A stretch of DNA of 64,000 nucleotides from Tubiluchus corallicola (lineage: Eukaryota > Animalia > Priapulida): positions 4,309 through 68,308 of the forward strand of contig JAQGDQ010001038.1 in NCBI GenBank assembly GCA_030141605.1. The letters run 5' to 3'. The notes beneath the pieces are model-generated. The model saw only the letters and a program-made list of their open reading frames with translations. It searched no databases and was not told where the DNA came from. Every line of letters starts with the position of its first letter. The stretch's first letter is position 1. Positions 18,855 to 30,600 of this stretch are shown piece after piece. The position numbers and the translations under genes are program-made.

Positions 18855-21800
18855 ATGTATCTCGCTGCGCTTGCACTTGTGCTAGGCCTCGTCGCCAGTG
18901 GTGGTAAGTAGTGTTAAAATAGTTAAAATCACGACTAAATTACAATGCATGCATAGTTATAAGACACAAACATTATTTGCACTGCATATATAGATCATAT
19001 GAACACCATTTCCTGGACAAATGCAACGTGAGAACAAGTCAGAATAGGTCTTTTATTAATTATACATAAGCAGGTAGGCAGGTAGGTAGAATTAAAATTT
19101 AATTTACTAAAAGCAAAGTGCTTCTGAAATCGAAGTATACTGCTTTGGAAATTTATTACAAATAAAACAGGTGGTTTACTTTTGTAAAAATTAGAGAGGT
19201 CAGTATGATTGGCATTGGTACCCTAAGTAAAAGTGCTAAAGAAAAGGAGAGCTAGTGCGTGTTTTGGAGAATTAAATTTTTTTAAAGGACGCATTTCCGC
19301 TGATCTTTATATAATTCATAAATGAAATCAACAGGCAGTTTTCAAGTTTTGTAATGTGTAAAAGATAAACAATCTAACGTCATTAAAGGCAAAATCACCA
19401 AGATACAAAGTTTGTGTTCTGAACTGCAGTAGTGTGTGGTCGATAGAAAATTAGGGAATCCGGGAATCCGTTATTTAGTTTCAATGATGCTTATATTTCA
19501 GTTGAGTCGAGAGCTTACAAAAGAGACACGAGCAACTTTATTGTAGGAGGAGAAGATGCCGAAATTACTGAGCTCTGTTATCAGGTAAAATCTTCGAAAA
19601 TAGATAGGATAAAATACCCCAACAAATTATTGAAAATACACGCTGTTCACATTCGTTCTAGTTTCGTGCGTTAACAAAATTACATGGCATACGCGCTGGT
19701 ACAATTTTACTGTGCGCACGCTCACAGTGTCGTCTTGTGCGTTAAAATACCACCAGGCTGACAGACGTCATTGTTAAACACGCATGGAAATAGAACTGAA
19801 GTGAAACTGTAACAGGGTGTATTGTTTAACAACGCACGTCTGGCAGCATGTGGCTTTGTTTATGTACGAGACGTCACTGTGAGCAAACGCACAGTAAACT
19901 GTAAAAAGTGTGTAGGCGTATTATTAAAATTAATGCTAAAGTATCAGTTGACATTATTATTTGCACCATGTTTGAGTGATGTCATGTAGCATTTATCCAG
20001 TCCACAGAAATTCCTACCGCTCAAGGATGGCTACTGAGTTTCTGCGGCACGAGAAATTTCACAGCACATATTCAAATGCAACCATAAATCAGCGGTTGGA
20101 TTGTGATGGTTTCAAATAGAATCGTATTCATAGTGGCTTCAATAATGTACAAACTGTGCTGTAAAACTGTTGTTTGTCTAGTCAGTATTTAATTAGAATA
20201 GGTCGGAACAATAACTATGAGGTTTGTAAGGCACTTCGGGAATTTAGTATAGCTCATAGTGGAGTGATTATATAGCCATAGCCTGATCCTACGCAATTAG
20301 CAATGCTAGAACAATGAAATGCATTAATGCTGTCAGTACCCATGGTAAAAGTATTGACTCTAGAGGTTTTTTTCTATTATAGGTGGCTCTATTGAGTTCA
20401 AATGGTGGACAGTTTTGTGGAGGAACTTTGATAGGAAAATCAGTTGTTCTGTCAGCTGCCCACTGCACAATGTACGTATAAAATCCTAATAATACTACGA
20501 ATATTACGAATATTATTTGTTACTTGGTAGTTTTGCGTTGTCTCATGTTCAAGCACGTATTCAAATTGTGCTGCAATAAAATATGCGGAATATGTGGATA
20601 ACCTTAGATATATGGTACTTCCTGTGAAGATAATTGTACATCCAGCACACTGTCCAATTATTTCACTTTCTAAATGACTACTATATAATAGGCGCTCTTT
20701 ACATTGCACGAATGCAATCACATTCTACTTTTGTTAACTCTGTTGTGAACTTTTTATATCATGCAATGAATGCTCTCCTGTGATGGTCAGCCATTCAAAA
20801 CAAAATAACTGGCACCTTATCCAGCACTGCTGTTAAATGCATATTACCTTACCTTACCTATAAGTTTAAGTTTATTAGGTTCACATAATTACATATATTT
20901 GAACAACAATGACAATTAATAATCAAATCAGAACCATAAAAAAACAAGTATGTAAGTGGGGTACTTGAGATGTAAATAAACTTGCGTAAAGCATCCCGAG
21001 TATTTGGAGAAAACAAAAAACAGTATGAAAAATACATTAAAAGTATAGACAAGGAAGCTAAAGTGTAAAGTAGTTAAAGAAACTAGAATCTAATGTAGCC
21101 GGGGGGAGGTGTATTACGTCTCTCGATTACACGTCTGCGAAACTCTTCTCTGCCAGCCGCCGTCTATTGCAATGCCTCCTCTCCTAAGCCTCCCGTAAGT
21201 CAACTGCGCTCTTGCCCCTTACGCTCTTGGTTGGCAGTGTACAGCGCATACTGGCGAATGCTATCTTGTAATCACCGCAACCAGTGACTTAAAATACAAA
21301 ACTGCCTTGTGATGGGAATATCGGCTAGATTTTCTCGTTCGGTTGTAACCGGGAACGCACTCGTTTCTAACGCGGTGTGTCCTCTTGATCTCTAACATGA
21401 TTCTGTAGCAGCAAGGAGTTAAGTTGTCGTTTCTACGTCAATGTTCAGTATTCTGCACCGTACAAGACGGATAGATAAGATGAGTGAAGCGTACAGCTAT
21501 AGTTTTGAGTTCAGTGGAACGCTTGAGATATCAACACTGTGCTTAATTGCCAGAACTTGTCCCAAGCAGTAGATCCACATTGCTTGAAATTCTCGAACGA
21601 TGATGCTATTCGAGCTCTGAGGTATCTGAACTCCTGTTACTACATCCGCAGTATGAAATTCTATTGGCATTGGATCAGACGGTGCTTGTATTAGATGCAT
21701 AATATTGGTCTTGTCGAAGTTGACCTTTGAGACCAATATTAGCTGCAACATGCTTCTCGAAATTTGAAATGTGTTCGGCGGCCACATCCCTTGTTCTATC

Positions 21801-24800
21801 TAAAAGGACAATATCACCTGTAGTAGTGCAGTTGGTGGGTCTAGGTGCCATACTTGTGGTTGGCTTGGCCCGAAGGAACAGCGAAAGTGCGTCGCCCCTG
21901 AAACATACCAGTGATAACAAAGAATGTATCGCCAAGCTACTTTTGCTGTTTTGAATTCATATCTAATAATTAATCATTGTTAATTAAATTTTTTGATATG
22001 GTACAGAAAAGTACACTGCAAAACATTGTTAACGCTTTTTTTCAGAGACGAGAGCCATAATAGTGTAAAAATTGGCATGGGAAGCAATAAGATAGATGGC
22101 GATATGAAGAAATATGACGTATGATATATTTTAACCTACATTTTATAATAAACTATTAATACACATGCATCTTTTAAAAGATTTGTGAAGATATATATAA
22201 TGTGTAAGTGCTTCAGAATTTGGTAACTACATCTGCCTTCCTTATTTCCTTCCATTTTACGTTTTATTTTACCTCAGTTTTAAAAGCACTAACTTTGGAT
22301 AGCATACATAGTTTGCATATATAACCTAAATACATAAAATTAATGCGCTTCTTACGTATAGCTTGGAAATTCGTAAGTTGAGATCCAGCACACAATTCGC
22401 AATGTGTATGTATTATTTATTTGTTTTTCTTTGTTATCAAGAACCGTGGCGTGAAATGAGGCATTAACCCAACGGAGACGTTTTAATCAAATTTAGATAC
22501 GTAGGCATACAAATAAGCAGTGCCAGTTTCTTGGTGCCAGTCACCAATCTATATACTAATCAGCTACAACGATTATTCTATCCAAAGAAAACGAAAACTA
22601 AACGTAAACAAACACTTCGATGACTAACACAAAGCTGTTATAACATAATAATATCTTCAGGTAAAAGAAATCATCAATCATCCTCAGTACAACGATTATA
22701 CTATGGCAAATGATATCTCTCTGTTAATTTTGGAAGGAGATGTAGACTGCGGCGCAGGAATTTGTACAACCACGTGTTTAAGCGAAGCTAGTAAGTATTC
22801 TTAGAATGATAGTAATTACTGAAACGAAAAAGAATGAACAATAAAACTGCAATAATAATGACAACAACAACAACAATAGTTTTAAAACGCACTTTAAAGA
22901 TCTCAGTACTTTTTACAATAAATTTAAAAGAGATAGAAAATTACACAATCAGTTGCAGTAAAAATAATTGTGCACTTACAATTAAAAACAAATAGCTAAG
23001 TGTGATAGTGAATAAAAGTTCAATAAAGCTGCATGGTTTTAATGTATTTGTGAGAAACTGTTGTAAAATGGTGTTTAAAAATTTTCAATCAAGCAATGAA
23101 GAGAAATGTAAGAGCATGGCATTTTCACGCTTAATTTAGCTAACCCTCTATACTATACAGAATATTTTCTATTTTTTATATTGACTGCAGGTTGCAGGGC
23201 TGGAGCAAAACTGCAAGAGAGAGAGAGAGAATATATTATAATGATGTTTTTCTTTTTAGACTGTGGAGGAGCTAACAAAATGGCTACAGTAAGCGGATGG
23301 GGCACATTGACTTCTGGAGGGTAAGAGATTGTAGACAAATTTTCATGAAAAACCCCAATCCTTGAATTTTTTGAATTTTTATTTGATTTAATTGAAGACA
23401 ATGAGTGTAAACTGGCAGTACCGATAGTCAATTACCAAACAAATTTCTGTATTATCTTAAAGTGAGCTTTAAAGAAGCCAGTCATCTTTCATCCATTGTA
23501 CATAATGTTTGTAGTGTGTTTACAAATCAAGACGAAAGCACTTCTAGACGCAAATAAACATTAGAAGAGTTTTTACAAGTCTACTGAAGAACACCAATAA
23601 TTATTTTATGTTAATTATTATGGGTGAAAATGTTTGTCTTCTTTAAAGGTTTACTCAAATTTTATACCGCAGGAAACTTATTCAAATATTATCTTCAACC
23701 AGAAAAATTCTGATATAGTTTCAAAATAAAAGTGTCATGATGATGATGCTGATAACGATGATGATGATGAAAGCATTGGCTAGTATTCACTTCCATTCTG
23801 CGGCTCCCTCTAAACTCTATTTAATATTAAACGTTTCTGTAATATAGTTGATATCACATTCTATTCATGCAATGCTAAAAATTATATATCTGTTTATGTT
23901 TTTGCACATTTGACTTATTTACGTTCTACAAGAATTTTACAATTTTTACCAAAACATGATTCTATAAATTTTTATGTACGTATCCTATTTCAGCTCTCAT
24001 ATTTCATATAGAATAATTATATTTATAAGCTTCAGCAAAATTATAATTTTTACATTATTTTGTATACATTAGGTTATTTAACTACAATTATGCATAAGAA
24101 ATCGGCCTTGTGTTACCAGTAAAAATTTTAATTGCTTTCCTGTCATTTTTACCATGAGATTTATTAAATCTTTTTCTCCCAGTTGTTCCTTTAGTCGTAG
24201 CTGTAGCTCTGCATTTACAAAAGGACACCTACTATATAGAAGATTGTCTGGGGTTTGAACTTCAATTTCACGTTCACACAATTCACTCTCTATATGTAAT
24301 TGAACCGGTATAAAAACTCTTTAAATTTTCCCTGGCCTGTTTTGAAGCTCAAAACTATAGTTTCAATTTTCTTGCCAGCATAACCTACTTCCAACTCTTT
24401 GGATCTGCATTTAAATTCTGGTAGTTCCACGTTTACTAACTCGTTTGAAAACAAACCTAGATTACGTATTTGCACATTACTGAGACATTACGTTGTTTGT
24501 ACATTTAAACATGTTTGCCGATATCTTATTTAAACTTATTGTCCGACCACGATTGCTTTTGCAAACCTTAAATATTGTTTTACACTCGCAATATAACATT
24601 TTAAAGACTGTTTATATATTTGGCGGTTTCTTCCCGTCCATTTGTCAATATCAGCAATTCTTTTTCTTAGAAGATCTTCATAGTTGCTACTTAGGGTTTT
24701 TCCAGGTAAATTTTGCTGTAATCAAATTCACTATAATGTCCTAAGCAGGTAAGCCACAGATGAGCTCCAAATGTTTCCTTGCCGAATGAAAACCTGCTCC

Positions 24801-26674
24801 CACATCAAATTTCACTGCATTATATATTATGTCTTCAAAGTCAGAACGTTTTTCGTGATAATCATGCTGCAGTTTCACACAAAATTAATGGTAGTCTAGT
24901 TGTTGCAAACGAGCTAATCACTAGACCCCACTTCCCACAATCCACTATATTCCGCGACATATTTTCTTGCTTATATGAAACGTACCGTCATTCGCACAAT
25001 TAAATGTTTTCACTTTAGAGAGCAAATTCTCAAAGTGTTCTCCAAAATGGCTTGTAAAATGTCTCCAAACAATGGGGTCAACACGCAAACGTCGGCTCAA
25101 GAAATCTGCCATAATGTTTTTCCTGGTGGCGGGAATTAAGAAAAAGAATGTTTCACGCGAAAAGAAACGAATTTGGGTGAGAAACTGGATCGCCACGAGA
25201 GACCAACTTAAAATCAGTTAAACAGTAGAAGTCATTGGGCTTATTGTTTTTTTGTTCACAGTGAATCTTCACTGTGTCTACTTACCACTGGCTCCCAGGC
25301 TCATAGCCAATCTATTTTTGACAACCGGCTTCTCTACGTTATAGCTCACTGTGCACATCCCAAAGTGTATGCTCTGTACGATATAGTTCAATCAATTGTA
25401 TTGTGGCCTCCTTGCTTGGTTAGTCTAGTTGCGACGCCATGCTGTCAAAATGTCAAGACTGTTATATTCTTTCCCCCAAATGCCGCTAACAATAACAGTT
25501 TACACGATGCGTTTTTGACGTGCACCGTGTAAATAGGCCTTTATGTAAAAACATTATCTGTTTCAGTTCCTCGCCCGATCATCTACAGAGAGTAGATGTT
25601 CAGATGTATACACAATCAGCATGTGAAAGTGCTTACCAAGGCGAAATTCTAACCGGAATGATCTGTGCTGCAAGTCCCGGGAAAGATAGTTGCCAGGTGA
25701 GCATAATCACTTGCATTTCTTATTAACTTTTTCTGGCATTCTCGGCGTAGCAATAAAGAAAAAGTACCTGTGCTGTTTGTATAACATAACTTACAGAGGG
25801 CTCCAGAGAAAATGATTTTTTCACAGACTTACAAACCTGCGTTAGAGTTGCATCCGGAATCTTTATGTCCTAGGGGTTGATTTCGCAATCTTGAATGCCA
25901 TTGCTACATATCAACTCTCTGCTACATATTATGAAACGTATGAACCACATTGTTTATGCACCACAATCATACCTATGCGTAGATAGTCGAACATAAAGAC
26001 GTATATACGTCCGTTTCAAAGATCCTGAATAATTTACAACAGAAACATTCGCTATATTGTCGTTGTTTGCAGGCTTCTAATAATGCTCTGCTTGTCGTCA
26101 AATATGACTAGAAAATGTTTTGTTTTCTTGTGTAGTTCAAGTTTCTGACTGAAAGTTTTATTACATGTAAGGGAAAAAGTTTACGCTTCAGACTGACAGT
26201 ATGAATCCAGAAATAATAAAAGCAGTAAAACGTTGATTTTTGATCAAATTAGTTTTTTTTAACCAGAATTTTGTTATATCATCATCATGCAGTTCATAAA
26301 ACTCCTCCTTTTTTCTTGGTTTGCACAAACAACGAAGAAACCTAAACTGATGCAGAATCAGAAGATATGTACAACATCTGTACTTGAATGAACAATGTCA
26401 GATGAAATATTTCTATTGTTTTTAGGGTGATTCTGGCGGACCTCTTGCAGTAAAGGAAGGCGATACATACAAAGTCTGCGGTGTGGTATCATGGGGGAAC
26501 GGTTGCGCAATGGAAGGCAGTCCTGGAGTGTACACCGACTGTCACGTTTTTGATAAATGGATAAAAGATAATGCCGGCAGCCTCGATCAGTGCGGCAGCA
26601 GCAGTGGTGGCGGCGGCGGCGGCGGCGATAGCGGAGGAGGCGGTGATAATGGCGGTTCAGAATGTACTGCGTAG
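18855..26674 (+). CDS. Secreted trypsin-like serine protease (S1A), 8 exons, 287 aa
   Basis: Exons 18855-18903, 19502-19584, 20383-20471, 22046-22118, 22661-22790, 23260-23320, 25567-25696, 26426-26674; phases 1,0,2,0,1,2,0 are consistent (864 nt). Signal peptide MYLAALALVLGLVASG, mature N-terminus IVGG, catalytic motifs LSAAHC, NDISLL and DSCQGDSGGP (Asp189, trypsin specificity), plus VSWGNGC..PGVYT. Confidence 0.95.
19638..19920. repeat. Complex inverted repeat (MITE-like) in trypsin intron 2
   Basis: TTTACTGTGCGCACGCTCACAGTGTCGTCT (~19706) pairs with AGACGTCACTGTGAGCAAACGCACAGTAAA (~19869); further inner inverted segments. Confidence 0.6.
21100..21850 (-). mobile_element. Decayed RTE-like LINE reverse transcriptase fragment in trypsin intron 3
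   Basis: Frameshifted remnants GL/KVNFDKTNIM, QEFRYL, AWDKFWQL, LYGAEY*TLT, CYRIMLEIKRTHRVRNE, HWLR. Confidence 0.75.
24075..24830 (-). mobile_element. Non-LTR retrotransposon 3' fragment in trypsin intron 6
   Basis: LELICGLPA*DII, FKTGQGKFKEFLYRF, CE..VQTPDNLLYSRCP; same C-terminal architecture as the 8 kb and 31 kb fragments. Confidence 0.55.
24945..25260 (-). mobile_element. Possible RNase H remnant of an LTR/DIRS-type retroelement
   Basis: Motif IPATRKNIMADFLSR (cf. IPGxxNxxADxLSR); short and isolated. Confidence 0.4.
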
Positions 26675-27031
26675 TTTTAATCTTTTTTTGCAAGTACTTT
26701 TGATTGAATTACTATCTTTTCACACTGGTAGCTTCATACTGTGTACAGTCATGGTTCTGTCAATGATTTTTGTGAAACAGCACAAAATGTGGTCCAGTTT
26801 CATTGTTCTAGTTATCAAATGCTTTGAAAACAGACTAAAACATCCAAGATCAAGAATTTGACTTTTTGACTTTTTTGGTATTTGAATACAAAAAGTGCCA
26901 GTTTTAACACAACAACTTTTCTGAGTGTGAAAGCGAACTGAGCAAGAAGGTCTTGATCTAAGATTTCTGTAACCTGTGATCACTGTGCTTGAATTCTTGG
27001 TTAATTATTTCATTGTTAAGAACTGTGTCTT

Positions 27032-27037
27032 AATAAA
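27032..27037 (+). terminator. Probable poly(A) signal of the trypsin gene
   Basis: AATAAA ~360 nt after the stop codon, followed by GU/U-rich sequence. Confidence 0.5.
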
Positions 27038-27286
27038 GGGTGACTTTTGGGAGTATTTAGGCTGTTTTGTTATTTTTTAATTTGTATAGTTAACCCTCAA
27101 TGAGATCAACTTGATCAGAAATGTTGGGTGCCAACTAAGTGATGCCAACACTCTAAAAACACTCAATACGTTCCAGTACTGAAATCTTTAGCAACGAGAA
27201 TGGAGAAGTAGCACATGAACAACCTACCTACGTTCAGTACATGACTTACTTTATTCAAATAAAACATTACACGTAAATTCACTTTA

Positions 27287-27556
27287 GGCCTACGTTTTAG
27301 TCTAGTGGTAATGCATCTGCTATCCGTCTGGGAGGTCGTGAGTTCGAACCAGCGGCCGGGTGATACCAAAGACTTTAAAAATGGTACCTGCTGTTGCCTG
27401 ACGCGTGGTATTTAGGGTAAAAGTGGGGTAATAATAGTCTCTGTTATGTAGTTGTAGGTTATTATTTACAGTCGGCGATAATAGCTCTTTGAGCTAATGT
27501 TAATTGTTGACCCAAAGCCGACTTTAAATAAAGATTATTATTATTATTATTATTAT
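27287..27556 (+). mobile_element. tRNA-derived SINE, Meta-domain-like (copy 1)
   Basis: A box TAGTCTAGTGG, B box GTTCGAACC, central GATACCAAAGACTTTAAAAATGGTACC resembling the MetaSINE domain as remembered, 3' stem-loop, AATAAAG and (ATT)n tail. Confidence 0.8.
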
Positions 27557-27667
27557 GTTTATCAACTAATTACAATGGACTTTTACAATGACAAAACCTC
27601 TACAGCAGTAGTCGCAAAATATAGCTCACGCTACACAACATATAAAAACACTACATAATAATTACAT

Positions 27668-27710
<43 letters not shown>
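27668..27710 (+). repeat. (TAG)n microsatellite
   Basis: Read directly from sequence. Confidence 0.9.
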
Positions 27711-27711
<1 letters not shown>

Positions 27712-27984
27712 ATGCCTTACAACGAATTTTACAAAAAAGCCCTCTAAAACAAACAGCCTGTGAAAATTTTATCTAACCAATAACAATATTTTTATTAATA
27801 ATTATCGGAACACGTATACATCACATGAGTAGATCTACATATGGAGATTAGGTTGTAACAGTTGTCAAAAAAACTTTTTAAATTCATAAAGTCCAAATCA
27901 TTGAATTTTTTTCCTTATTCCCACCGTTTTCAGTCTGCCCCCCCCCCCCCAATAAGCGCAGAACTTCTGATTTTTTGGGGTTCT

Positions 27985-28480
27985 TGAGCAGCGGTCAGTT
28001 TCCAATGCCAGCTAGTGAGAGGAGAGAAGTAATCGCGACGTAGCTATACGTTGACCTTTCGCCTGACGTTTCGGCCACCTGAGTGTACATCTTATAGACC
28101 GTGAGGATCGGGTTCAAACTGACATAGGTTTTAAATTTTGTACCTTGCGACCGTCGAACTGATTTTTTGCGTTTTGCGATGTCTGGTTTTATGTGACCGG
28201 CAACTAGAACTGCATTTAAATATCTTGCACCTGGTGTTTGTTCGGTGTTATACAATGACCAAATTTTTATAAAAGGGTCATCCCTCAAGTCTCTTCAATC
28301 CGCAAGTGTTTTTTGCAAAAACTTTTTTGCTTATTTTTGATAAATGCAACCGCAGAAGGCAATCCAACTTTTACTAGCGCGAGGTCAAACATTAAAATGG
28401 TAGGGAGATATGACTAGTTAGTTTGCGGTTGATGAGTAGAAGAATCATTGATGCTGTACATGAAACAATTGAATTAAGTC
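27985..28480 (-). mobile_element. LINE post-RT C-terminal fragment (CR1/Crack-like)
   Basis: DLALVKVGLPS, TKFKTYVSLNP, frameshifted RLLLSSH*LALETDR (cf. RLSSHxLxIETGR). Confidence 0.65.
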
Positions 28481-28746
28481 TGACTTTCAATAAACTAGGA
28501 CCGTGCCATGTTTTTAGACAGTTTACTTAATTAGAACGTTTTTTAATTGCAAAAAAATTATTTTTTTACCGTTGGTGATGGCTGAATCGCTTGCGTTAAT
28601 CAAAGCTGGTCTACAGAGATTGCTACGAAGGCATACGAGGTTACAAAGACCTTATAATTGCTCTATAACCAAAGTAACACCTTCCAATTCGAAATAAAAA
28701 TATCAATATCTACAATGTCTGGTCTAAGATAATAATTTACGCTTAA

Positions 28747-28769
28747 TTATTATTATTATTATTATTATT

Positions 28770-28800
<31 letters not shown>

Positions 28801-28820
28801 CGACGATGATGATGAAGATG
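28747..28820 (+). repeat. (ATT)n(GAT)n microsatellite
   Basis: Read directly from sequence. Confidence 0.9.
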
Positions 28821-28925
28821 ATTACTGTTTTTTGTTGTTGTTGGAGTAATTTTTGGCACTTTTCGTACTATGCCACACCATGTAGCAAACCTTAGACGGT
28901 CAGCGTCATTTGTGTTTGTGGAAAA

Positions 28926-29598
28926 CTGGAAAAATCAGACATCTTCTCAACCACAAAACAACTGAAAAACTCGTAAAATTATATGCTTTCATAACGTCCA
29001 AACTAGATTGTTGCAGTAGTTCACTTTTCGGACTCCCTTAACATGAAAATCACAAATTTCAGTTAATTCAAACTCTGCTGCTCGTCTCATTACCAAAACT
29101 AGAAAATATGATCATTTTACACCTACTCTACGAGAGTTACATTGGTTGCCAATAATGCTCCGAATTCAATTTAAAATTCTTTGTATCGTCTACAAAATAT
29201 TACATGGTTTGGTACCTACATATATTACTGATGTTTTAATACGGCGTAACATAGGCCGAACCCTCTCGTTCTAATGGTAATGAACAAATTAATTTGTATC
29301 AGCCAATTCCTAATACAGTATTCTGTGGTGAAAAAGCCCTTTCTGTTGGGCTCCATATCTCTGGAATAACTTACTTGCTGCTATACGTCCTGCAGATTCA
29401 TTAGATTCTTTTAAACAACATCTTAAAATACATTTGTTTAGATTGTACTTTTTAATTTATGTTGAATTAATTTTAATTTGTTTAACGTCTTTTAAATTTT
29501 GTATCTTATGAATTTTAAATATATTTTATTGTTCAGCGTGCTAAGATTTTAAATGATGTAGTGCGCTATATAAATGAATTTTGCATTACATTACATTA
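28926..29598 (+). mobile_element. L2-clade LINE 3' fragment
   Basis: AFITSKLDCCSSSLFGLP, SAARLITKTRKYDHFTPTLRELHWLP..RIQFKIL, LWNNL, FKQHLKIHLF; (CATTA)n tail. Confidence 0.85.
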
Positions 29599-30600
29599 TA
29601 TAAAAGAAAAAGCTGACACAGTGTGAGTGTAGACGTACTAAGACTAGGCCCGAAAGTGGATTATATGTCGGGCTGTCCTATTATACTGTAACTAATGTAC
29701 GTCTCTAATTTTTATAATGCTTTCTTTAGTATCTTGCTTATATATTTTTTAATTTGTTTCTTTTTCAAATTGTTGCGTCGGTTCGTGTATTCTGGCATTC
29801 ATGCTTATTTTCATTACCTTTGAAAAGAATGCAACTCATAAGCAATAGAAGCAGTAGTAAAATTCTTTACTCGCCATTAAAGACATGTAAGATTAGTTTG
29901 AAAGACCAACCCTTATTAGGTAAATTGAAACCGTGTTGTTGTTAATTTCTTTATAAGCAAGAGTTTCCTTAAACTGAATGCTTTTCACATCCGTTACTTT
30001 CATCCGTTAAGTTTACCAATCAGTTAGAATATCTAAAAGGGTTAAAGTCAACTAATGCCTGAAGTTTTTTTACATAATTTAATAATTATAAACCGATTAG
30101 TAATATTTCGGTATACATGTGATAAATTATAACTGTAACGACTGTCTTTTTGGATGTTACATTTAGAAGTAAGAATTTTCATTTCAGCGATAAAAACCAT
30201 TATAATAAAATGTAGAATACATACTCTCTACTATATAGTATACAGTAAAAATGATTCTTATTTACGATCATGGTCAACGCGTCGGTAGAATGACGTCAGT
30301 TCCGCTCCTACAATCAAGCGTTCTGCGATTGTAGCGGAAACTCTCGAGTGATAAAGCCTCAGTGCTCCAATGACATGTAGAGGTCGGTCCACCACGTTAC
30401 ACCTCTACAAAAAGTCAACATTAAAGTGAAAGAAGGTGACTTTAGAAACTTTTGCGCAATATTAATGTTAATTTTAACGTTGGACATCACATGTTCATGT
30501 TGTTTAACTTATAAGTATTATCATTACATAGTGCACCGCTTGCACATACATATAAGCCTATAATATAATAAAACAACATTTCTGAAGCCGCTACAGAGTT

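Noticed and set aside
27287-27362. tRNA gene (also B-box-like motifs at ~35125, ~56243 and ~58280)
   Set aside because: No complete cloverleaf or acceptor stem; the 27.3-kb one continues into a SINE body and tail.
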